The translations under genes and the position numbers were made by a program. Positions 18,693-26,187 of a DNA stretch of 35,425 nucleotides are shown one piece after another (positions within the stretch are counted from its first letter, which is position 1; each line of letters opens with the position of its first letter). The DNA is from Planctomycetota bacterium (GTDB lineage: Bacteria; Planctomycetota; Planctomycetia; Pirellulales; UBA1268). Location: contig VGYP01000003.1 of assembly GCA_016872955.1 (NCBI GenBank), positions 1 through 35,425 on the forward strand. The letters run 5' to 3'. Under the pieces are notes generated by a model that ran no database searches, was not told the origin of the DNA, and saw nothing but the letters and a program-made list of their open reading frames with translations.

Positions 18693-20864
18693 ATGCGACA
18701 CGGTCGGGTCGGTCGAGACCATTCCGCCCTGCCGGCCGTGCTCGCCACACTGCTCGTGGCCGGGCTGCTGGGGGGGCAGCCCTGCGGCCGTTGTGATGCC
18801 GATCCGCCGGCTGATGCCGACCCGGCAGCGCCCGAGACGGTCGCCTTGACGATCCGGCTGCCAATCGTCGGCACGCGCGACACACTGGCCCGCGCTGCGA
18901 TTCTCCGACAGCTCGATCGCCTGGAGCGACGCCTACCCCGCCGCGGGTTGCTCGTGGTGCGGTTCGATGCCTCCGCCGAAGATGCGGCGGCGAGTGACTT
19001 CGGCCGGTCGTTGGACCTGGCAAGGTTTCTCACGAGCCCGCGGCTTTCGGGGGTGAAGACGGTGGCCTGGCTGCCCGAAGGGATGGCCGGTCACGCGGTG
19101 CTGGCCGCCCTGGCGTGCGATGCGATCGCGATGCCGCCGGACGCCGTCTGCGGCCCGGCCGCCGATCACGACGCCGAGGTCGACGAGGCGATGCGGGCCG
19201 CCTACCGCGAGATCGCCGCCCGCCGTCGCACCGTTCCCCCGGCGGTCGCGGTGGCCATGATCGATCGGCAGGCCGACGTGCTCCGTGTTTCCACGGATGC
19301 CGGTGAGGAGTTTATATCGAGGCCCGATCTGGCCGCCGTCCGGGCCCGAGCGGCCGTGGTGGCCGTCGAGGAGCTGCGACCGACGCCGCTGGAGTTCACG
19401 GGTCGGCGGGGCAGGGAGTTGGGCTTCGTCACCCATCTCGCCAAGGCACCGGCGGACCTGGCCCGCGGGCTGGGCGTCGGCGAAGGGGCGTTGGTCGGTG
19501 ATCCGTCGCTCGAGGGCGGTTGGCAGGGCGTGCAGGTGGTGATCTCGGGCGCGATCGGCGCCGATGCGGTGGCCCGCACCCGCAGCCGCATCGAGCGGGC
19601 AGTCGGCGACGGTGCCAATTTCGTCTGCGTGCGCATTGACTCGGCGGGTGGCGTGGCCGAACAGAGCCTGGTGCTCGCCAACTGGCTCGCCGGCCTCGAC
19701 TCGACGAGGGTGCGGACGGTGGCCTGGGTGCCGATGGAGGCCCGGGGTGACGCGGCGCTGGTAGCGCTTGCCTGCGATGAGCTCGTGATGCGGCCGACGG
19801 CGGTGCTCGGAGGCGAGGGGGCGGCCGCGCTCGATGGTCGCCGCGCAGATTCCCTGGCGATGGCGTGGCGGGGCGGGGTGGCCCGAATCCGCAACCGGTC
19901 GTGGTCGCTGCCGTTGGCGACCGTGCTGCCCGGGCTGAAGGTCTTTCGCGCCCAGCAGCAGGGGACGGGACGGGTGGAGTACTTCTCGGAGCAGGAACTG
20001 GCCGACCGCGGGGATCGCGACGAGTGGCGGCTGGGCGCGGAGTTCGGCACGGGGCCGGTGCGGCTCGACGGCACCAGTGCCGCGACGGCCGGTCTGGCCG
20101 CCCATGTGGTCGACGACTTCGCCGGACTGCGGCGGGCATATGGACTCGACGGCGACGTCGCCCTCTCGGAACCGGGCTGGGCCGACCGGTTGCTCGAGGC
20201 GCTGGCCAGTCCCGGCCTGGCGTGGCTCGTGCTGTTGATCGGCGTGGCCGGACTCTCCATCGAGCTCAAGACGCCGGGCTTCGGATTCGGTGGGTTCGTG
20301 GCGATGGTCGCCTTCATCGTCTATTTCTGGAGCCAGTATCTCCACGGCACGAGCGGCTGGCTGGAGGTGATGCTCTTCCTCGCGGGGCTCGTCTGCCTGC
20401 TGGCGGAAATCTTCGTGCTTCCCGGCTTCGGCATCCTCGGCCTCGGCGGTGGCCTGCTGGTGATCAGCTCCCTGGTGTTGGCGAGCCAGTCGTTCATCGT
20501 GCCGATGAACGACTACCAGTTGAAACAGATGCAGTGGTCGCTGCTCGGTGTGCTCGGGTTGGCCGCGGCCATCGCCCTGCTGGCCGTGGTGCTGAGGCGG
20601 TGGCTGCCGGCCGCGCCGGGGTTACGGCACGTGCTCTTGGCGCCGCCGGCTTTGGAACCCTTCGGGGACGACAAGTCGCTCGACGGGCTGGTGGGCGCCG
20701 AGGGCGTCACGACCACCCGGCTAGCCCCGGCGGGCAAGGCGCGGCTGGGAGGCGCGTTACGGGACGTGACCAGTGACGGCGCGCTGGTGGAGCCTGGTGT
20801 CGCCGTGCGGGTGGTGGCGGTCCGCGGCGGCCGCGTCGTGGTCCGGGCGGTGGGCGACACATGA
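18693..20864 (+). CDS. Long NfeD-family membrane protein with two ClpP/crotonase-like domains, TM bundle and C-terminal OB-fold
   Basis: Two TVAW.P...ALACD...M.P.A..G repeats, RIDSAGG, IELKTPGFG, AEIFVLPGFG, C-terminal G.TTTRLAPAGKA. Confidence 0.85.
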   Translation: MRHGRVGRDHSALPAVLATLLVAGLLGGQPCGRCDADPPADADPAAPETVALTIRLPIVGTRDTLARAAILRQLDRLERRLPRRGLLVVRFDASAEDAAASDFGRSLDLARFLTSPRLSGVKTVAWLPEGMAGHAVLAALACDAIAMPPDAVCGPAADHDAEVDEAMRAAYREIAARRRTVPPAVAVAMIDRQADVLRVSTDAGEEFISRPDLAAVRARAAVVAVEELRPTPLEFTGRRGRELGFVTHLAKAPADLARGLGVGEGALVGDPSLEGGWQGVQVVISGAIGADAVARTRSRIERAVGDGANFVCVRIDSAGGVAEQSLVLANWLAGLDSTRVRTVAWVPMEARGDAALVALACDELVMRPTAVLGGEGAAALDGRRADSLAMAWRGGVARIRNRSWSLPLATVLPGLKVFRAQQQGTGRVEYFSEQELADRGDRDEWRLGAEFGTGPVRLDGTSAATAGLAAHVVDDFAGLRRAYGLDGDVALSEPGWADRLLEALASPGLAWLVLLIGVAGLSIELKTPGFGFGGFVAMVAFIVYFWSQYLHGTSGWLEVMLFLAGLVCLLAEIFVLPGFGILGLGGGLLVISSLVLASQSFIVPMNDYQLKQMQWSLLGVLGLAAAIALLAVVLRRWLPAAPGLRHVLLAPPALEPFGDDKSLDGLVGAEGVTTTRLAPAGKARLGGALRDVTSDGALVEPGVAVRVVAVRGGRVVVRAVGDT

Positions 20865-21511
20865 GCCCGTCGGCGTGGGTCCTTCTGCTGCTCGGGGCGG
20901 GTCTGGGCATGCTGGTCCTCGAGGTTTTCATCCCGTCCGGCGGCGTGCTCGGCCTGTTGGCGGTGCTCGCGTTGGCCGCGGGCGTCGTGACGGCCTTCGT
21001 GGAGCAGGGCTTCGCGGCCGGCCTGGTCGTGCTCAGCGGCGCCTTCCTGGCCGTGCCGGTCGTGCTGGCCGCCGCCTTTCGCTGGTTTCCGGTCACGCCC
21101 CTCGGCCGCCGGGTCCTGCCACCGCCGCCACAGCCCGACGACGTGCTGCCGGACGCCGGTGAGCGGCACAGGCTTCGCGGGATGGTGGGCAGCCGCGGCC
21201 GAGCGGTCGGCGAGCTCGTGCCATGGGGGTGTGTCGAGGTGGCCGGCGAGTCGTTCGAGGCCGTGAGCGAAGGGGGGGCCATCGCCAGCCGAACCGAGGT
21301 TGACGTGGTCGGCGTACAGGGCCGAGCGCTGGTCGTACGGCCGCGGCCGGCCAAGCCGCCGGCGGGCACCGGTGCCGAAACCGCACCGGAGGTTGCGACG
21401 CCCGAGCCCAGGTTGTCGACCCTGCTCGAGGAGTTCGACTTCGAACAGGTGCGAAAAAAAGCGGATCATGTACCGCCGCTTGACCCGCCCCCGACCGCGA
21501 ACCAGGCTTGA
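20861..21511 (+). CDS. Short NfeD-family protein (TM + OB-fold)
   Basis: LEVFIPSGGVLG, three TMs, G.A...L.P.G.V.V.G...EAVSEG...V.VV...G..LVV; ATGA overlap with the upstream gene. Confidence 0.85.
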   Translation: MSPSAWVLLLLGAGLGMLVLEVFIPSGGVLGLLAVLALAAGVVTAFVEQGFAAGLVVLSGAFLAVPVVLAAAFRWFPVTPLGRRVLPPPPQPDDVLPDAGERHRLRGMVGSRGRAVGELVPWGCVEVAGESFEAVSEGGAIASRTEVDVVGVQGRALVVRPRPAKPPAGTGAETAPEVATPEPRLSTLLEEFDFEQVRKKADHVPPLDPPPTANQA

Positions 21512-21574
21512 GGGAGAGGGTTAGGGTCGCGTCGTGACCGGCCACCCGTCGTCCGTCCGCTGGAGTCATCGCCC

Positions 21575-22594
21575 ATGAACTTTCTGCCACTGATCCTGCT
21601 GAGTCTGGCGATGCTCGTCGTGCTGGTGGTGCTCGGCCTCGCGGCCGGCTACCTGCGGCTCTGGATCCAGTCCTACGCCTCGAGCGCGGGCATCGGCCTG
21701 TTCGACATGGTCGCGATGAGCTTCAAGAAAGTGAACCCGACCATCATCGTTCGCAGCAAGATCATGGCGGTGCAGGCTGGCCTCGGCGACTCCAGCGGCG
21801 TGACGTGGCAGGCGCTCGAGGCTCACTACCTCGCGGGTGGTCGGGTGCCGCTGGTCATCCAAGCGCTGATCGCCGCCAACAAGGCGAAGATCACCGAGCT
21901 CGACTTCAAGCGGGCGGCGGCGATCGACCTCGCGGGCCGCGACGTGCGGGAAGCGGTGCAGACGTCGGTCTATCCCAAGGTGATCGACTGCCCGGGCCGA
22001 AAGAGCGGCCGCGACTCGCTCGATGCGGTGGCGAAAAACGGCATCCAGCTCAAGGTCATGGCCCGCGTCACGGTGCGGACCAATCTCTACCAGTTGATCG
22101 GCGGCGCTACCGAGGAGACGATCATCGCCCGCGTCGGCGAGGGCATCGTCTCGGCGATCGGGTCGGCCGAGCGGCATTCCGACGTCCTCGAAAACCCCGA
22201 CGTCATCTCCAAGACCGTGCTGGCCCGGCGGCTCGACGCCAACACCGCCTTCGAAATCGTCTCCATCGACATCGCCGACATCGACGTCGGTGCCAACATC
22301 GGGGCTCGCCTGCAGGCCGACCAGGCCGAGGCCGATACCCGTGTGGCCCGAGCGAACGCCGAGGGCCGGCGGGCCATGGCCGTGGCCCGTGAACAGGAGA
22401 TGATCGCGAGCATCGAGGAGAGTCGGGCGAACCTCGTGCAGGCGGAAGCGGAGGTGCCCAAGGCGGTGGCGGAATCGCTTGCCGGGGGGCAGCTGGGCAT
22501 CTTCGAGTATTACAAACTTCGGAATCTGCAGGCCGACACCGAGATGCGGCGGTCGCTGGCCAGCGGCCCGGTGGTGACCGCGGCCGCGTCCTGA
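21575..22594 (+). CDS. floA: Flotillin-like protein FloA (YqfA/UPF0365)
   Basis: [75 protein letters not shown]. Confidence 0.95.
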   Translation: MNFLPLILLSLAMLVVLVVLGLAAGYLRLWIQSYASSAGIGLFDMVAMSFKKVNPTIIVRSKIMAVQAGLGDSSGVTWQALEAHYLAGGRVPLVIQALIAANKAKITELDFKRAAAIDLAGRDVREAVQTSVYPKVIDCPGRKSGRDSLDAVAKNGIQLKVMARVTVRTNLYQLIGGATEETIIARVGEGIVSAIGSAERHSDVLENPDVISKTVLARRLDANTAFEIVSIDIADIDVGANIGARLQADQAEADTRVARANAEGRRAMAVAREQEMIASIEESRANLVQAEAEVPKAVAESLAGGQLGIFEYYKLRNLQADTEMRRSLASGPVVTAAAS

Positions 22595-22617
22595 CCAGCG
22601 TCGAGGGAGGGAAGTCG

Positions 22618-23175
22618 ATGCCGATGATCGCGGCCCTCGTCGTACCCCTCGCGGCCGGGCTCGACTGGCTGGAGGGTCTGTTGCCGCTGGCGTTCCTGGT
22701 GATCTGGATCGTCTCCCAGGTCCGGAACCTATTCCGCGCCGCCGGCAAGCCGCCCGCGGTGCGGCCACCGCCTCGTCCGCCTCGCGATAACGAGGCCGCC
22801 GATGACCTCAATCGTGAGATCGAGGTCTTCCTGCGACGGAAGCTGGCCGAGCAGGCGAAGGCGTCGCCGGTCGCAGCCGCGCCCGCGAAGGCGGCGCGGC
22901 GGCGGTCGCGGCGGTCACCGGCCGATGGCCCGCCGCCGGTGCCGCGGCCGGTGCGTCCCGACGCGGCCGGAGGGCAAGGCGTCGCGACCCACGTGGCGAC
23001 CGCCTTCGCGCACGACCTCGCTCATGAGGTGCCCGACGACACGATCGGTGCAGGGGGCGCGGCATCGGTTCCGTCGGTGGCCGCGGAGTTGGCGACGACG
23101 CTGCGCTGTCCGGGTGGGTTGCGACAGCTGATTCTGATGCAGGAAGTGTTGACGCGGCCGACGCATCGCTGGTGA
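22618..23175 (+). CDS. Hypothetical single-TM protein, YqfB-like position and C-terminus
   Basis: N-terminal TM, low-complexity middle, C-terminal LRQLILMQEVLTRP resembling the tail of floA-downstream proteins; SD GGAGG upstream. Confidence 0.65.
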   Translation: MPMIAALVVPLAAGLDWLEGLLPLAFLVIWIVSQVRNLFRAAGKPPAVRPPPRPPRDNEAADDLNREIEVFLRRKLAEQAKASPVAAAPAKAARRRSRRSPADGPPPVPRPVRPDAAGGQGVATHVATAFAHDLAHEVPDDTIGAGGAASVPSVAAELATTLRCPGGLRQLILMQEVLTRPTHRW

Positions 23176-23222
23176 GCCCGGCGGTCGTGCTGGCACCGCG
23201 ACGCTGGCATGGCCGGAGGCCA

Positions 23223-23408
23223 GAGCCCTCCGCCAGCGCAGGTTCCCAGGCTCGCCCCGGCGCACGGCATTCCGCCTGAACGAGGGGGTTCTGGACGGGC
23301 TCGACAGACGTCTTGGCCGGGCCCCGGGCGGGTTCAAAATCAGCGATTGAGCCGGCCCGGTCGCTGGTCTACAAGACGGGGGTCGTCGTGCCTGCGGCGC
23401 GTCGGCTC
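23223..23408 (+). ncRNA. Candidate structured non-coding RNA (class unresolved)
   Basis: Several complementary segments (GAGCCGGC/GTCGGCTC, CAGCGATTG/CGGTCGCTG, CGCAGG/CCTGCG) directly followed by an intrinsic terminator; no credible ORF. Confidence 0.35.
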
Positions 23409-23410
23409 GG

Positions 23411-23454
23411 AGCGCGGAGACGAGGGAGCCCAAGCCTCGTCTCCGCGCTTTTTT
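23411..23454 (+). terminator. Rho-independent terminator
   Basis: Perfect 15-bp stem AGCGCGGAGACGAGG / CCTCGTCTCCGCGCT, 9-nt loop, T-tract. Confidence 0.85.
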
Positions 23455-23559
23455 GGGTTGTTCGTCGGCGGCTGTCGCTGTATCTCTCCCGCTCCCCGAC
23501 CGTTCCTCCGGGGAGTTCGAGGGGCGCGACGACGCCTGTGGCACCACGTGGGGTGAACC

Positions 23560-25017
23560 ATGACCAGGGCGACGAGGCACGGCTTCGCTCGGTCCCCCTT
23601 CCAGGTGCGGCAAATGGCGGGACGTCTGCCTGTCGCCGGGATCATCGCGCTGGCGTCGACGGTCGTCGCGTTCGCCGGCCCGCTGCCGGTGACGGTCGAG
23701 ATCACCGCGGAGCGGACGCTGCTGCGGTCCGGACCCGGCGACGATTTCTACCCCTCCGAGCGATTGTCGCGGGGGACTGCGGTGGAGGTCTGGGCGATCC
23801 ACGACTCTGGCTACTGCGCCGTGCGGCCCGTGGCCGGCAGTTTTAGCTGGGTACGGTCGACCGACGTGGCGGCCGAAGGACAACCGCCGTTCGGTAACGA
23901 GGGCTTTGCGGGCGTGATCGTCACTGACGGCGCCGTGGCCCGCGTCGGATCGCAACTCAACGACCTGCGGCACGTCTCCCAGGTGGCCCTTGAAGCGGGC
24001 GAGCGGGTGCGGGTGATCGAGAAGGTCGTGCACGGGCCCGGCCGCCATGCTGGCGAATGGCTGCGGATCGAGCCACCGTCGGGTGAGTTTCGCTGGGCGT
24101 GGGGCGGCGACCTCGATCTTGCGGACGAGATTGCACCGCGGCTCGAACCCATTCCCGCGGGCGACGGCCTGGCCGCCGGTGGCGAAGCATGGGACGCGGT
24201 CCGCGAGGCGGGCGGGGCGATCCAGCAGGCCGTGGCCGAGGTCGACGCCGTCGCGGCCAATGCTGGCCCGCCGTCGGTCGCGCCGTCGGGGGCGGCAGGC
24301 AGGTTGCTGGCCGGCTGGCTGCCCCGTGGCACGAACATCTTCGACCTCTCGCAACCGACGCAGGCCGGTGCCGTGGCCGGCGCCGCACCGGTGCCGGCGG
24401 ACGAACTGGCCGACATCGACCTGGCCCTGTCGTTGGCCGTCGCGGGGCCGAGCGGGCAGTGGCACCTGGAGCCGCTCCGTGACCGGCTGCGGCAGGCAGC
24501 CGCCCGTGCCGACTCCGCCGACGAGCGGTCGCGGGCCCAGGCGATCGACACGCGTCTGGCACGATTCGAGGCCATCCAGGCGCGGCAGCGGGCGATCACC
24601 CCCGCGACCGGCAGCGATGCCTCGGCCCTTCGGCTCGGCGGCATGTGGTCGAGCCTGTCGGCAGTCGGGTCGCGGCCCGTTCGGCCGGGCGTCTTACCCG
24701 GCGGCCGCCCCGCGGACGGCCGGCCGGACTGGACGCCACCCGACCAGATGGAGACCAGCGGGCGGCTGGCGACCGTCATCTCGCGGCGCCCCGACGCGCC
24801 GCGCTGGGCGATCGTCGACGACAACAACGACGTGCTCGTGTTCGTGACCCCGCGGCCCGGCGTCAGCCTCGCACCCCTGGTGGGACAGCAGGTGACCGTC
24901 CGCGGGGCGCGGGGTTACATGCCCGAATACAAGCGGCCCTACCTGGTGGCTTCGGAGGCCCAGCCCAGGATTGCCGCCGGCCCACGGCACGCCGCCTCCG
25001 GCGACACCACCCAGTGA
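23560..25017 (+). CDS. Exported protein with two SH3b-like domains and a C-terminal beta domain
   Basis: LRSGPGDDFYP..L.RG..VEV and ARVGSQL...V.LE.GERV.V...WLRIEPP repeats; hydrophobic N-terminus. Start may be 23614. Confidence 0.7.
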   Translation: MTRATRHGFARSPFQVRQMAGRLPVAGIIALASTVVAFAGPLPVTVEITAERTLLRSGPGDDFYPSERLSRGTAVEVWAIHDSGYCAVRPVAGSFSWVRSTDVAAEGQPPFGNEGFAGVIVTDGAVARVGSQLNDLRHVSQVALEAGERVRVIEKVVHGPGRHAGEWLRIEPPSGEFRWAWGGDLDLADEIAPRLEPIPAGDGLAAGGEAWDAVREAGGAIQQAVAEVDAVAANAGPPSVAPSGAAGRLLAGWLPRGTNIFDLSQPTQAGAVAGAAPVPADELADIDLALSLAVAGPSGQWHLEPLRDRLRQAAARADSADERSRAQAIDTRLARFEAIQARQRAITPATGSDASALRLGGMWSSLSAVGSRPVRPGVLPGGRPADGRPDWTPPDQMETSGRLATVISRRPDAPRWAIVDDNNDVLVFVTPRPGVSLAPLVGQQVTVRGARGYMPEYKRPYLVASEAQPRIAAGPRHAASGDTTQ

Positions 25018-25045
25018 TTCGTCGCCGTCGGTCCGCCCGTCGGAA

Positions 25046-25960
25046 TCATCTGAGGGCGGCGTCGAGTTCCTCGGTTGGCAGCCAGCGGGCCGCGAGTTCC
25101 TCGTGGATGCCGTCGGCCTCGGTGTCGGGTCCGAGCTTCAGGGGCGGCGAGCCAGTGGCACCGGACGCCAGTGACACGAGCCGGCGACGGTCGGTCGCCG
25201 CGGTGCGCGGCATGCGATCGGCCAGCCGGGCGACGGCAGCTGGATTGCGGGTCGCTGCGGCGGCGAACTGGCCCACGAACAGGCTGATCTCGTGCACGTT
25301 GGCGGCCACCGACCGCACGATCAGCGGTTGCAGCGAGCGGGTGACAATCTCGAGTCCGAGGCCATCCACGTCGAGAAAGGCCTCGATCTCCATGCGGCAG
25401 GCGGACTCGCCAGGGCCGTCGGGAGCGCTGTGGTACCGCACGACCACCAGGCAGGAGCCTGTGAGCTCGCGCGGCGAGAGCGGGCCGGCGTAGCCGCCCT
25501 GGCCGTGATAGACCGACAGGCTCTCGTGCCGGCCGCGTTCACGGTGCAGCAGTCGGATCGTTCCGGTCGTCCCGTAACCGTCGGACAGCCGCCATGTGCC
25601 CGCCCCCGTCGGGTCGAGCGAGACGCGGCTTATGCCAAGCACCCGCCAGACGTCGACGAGCGTCTCGGGCTTGTCGAGCACGAACTCCACCAGCGCGCGG
25701 TCGCAGCGGATCGTCTCGGCCGGCAGACGGCGGTGCAGCGTGGTGGAGGCACCGTAGTGGTCGACGACGCGCTGCGCCTCGGGCGACATGCGTTCCAGTG
25801 GCAACTCCCCGAGGGCCCGCAGGCAGGCGTCGCGTCCGGCCATGGCGAAGTCGCCGAATGGCATGGGCGTGGCGGACCGGTCCGCGGCGGCAAGCGGCGG
25901 GGCGAGGCCACCCGTGCACACGATGCCCACGGCCAACGCCGCTGCCAGCCGCGCAGTCAT
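25046..25960 (-). CDS. Hypothetical exported protein
   Basis: Signal peptide MTARLAAALAVGIVC...AAA; globular composition; fills the gap between recognisable genes. Confidence 0.7.
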   Translation of the reverse strand: MTARLAAALAVGIVCTGGLAPPLAAADRSATPMPFGDFAMAGRDACLRALGELPLERMSPEAQRVVDHYGASTTLHRRLPAETIRCDRALVEFVLDKPETLVDVWRVLGISRVSLDPTGAGTWRLSDGYGTTGTIRLLHRERGRHESLSVYHGQGGYAGPLSPRELTGSCLVVVRYHSAPDGPGESACRMEIEAFLDVDGLGLEIVTRSLQPLIVRSVAANVHEISLFVGQFAAAATRNPAAVARLADRMPRTAATDRRRLVSLASGATGSPPLKLGPDTEADGIHEELAARWLPTEELDAALR

Positions 25961-26187
25961 GCCCCCGGATCCCCGTCGTGCCACCCCCGCAGCGCCGCAT
26001 CGACGCCACTCCCGCCCTGTCTTCGGCCTCCAGCCCGCGGCTTGGCCAGTGATTTTTCGGCACGATGCGAACCGGTCGCCCAGATTGCCCAGCCTGCCGC
26101 ACGGTGTCGCAGCGGCTCTTGGCCCGTTTGCTGTCGTTTCCTACCATCCCGCCCCTCCCGGTCTGCGCCCGTCGCCGTCACCGCCCG

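Noticed and set aside
21444-21470. A7 run near the end of the short nfeD as a slippage or phase-variation site
   Set aside because: It lies after the conserved domain and only affects a short tail; A7/T7 runs in uvrA are also in frame.
23281-23390. Resemblance to the tmRNA 5' end (GGGGGTT..CTCGAC), the guanidine-III riboswitch (CCCGGTC..ACAAGACGG) and the SAH riboswitch (CCAGGCTCG, slightly upstream)
   Set aside because: Each match is partial: no T-arm/CCA end or tag ORF for tmRNA, no correctly placed CG-ACGAG/P2 partner for guanidine-III, no GAGGAGCG for SAH.
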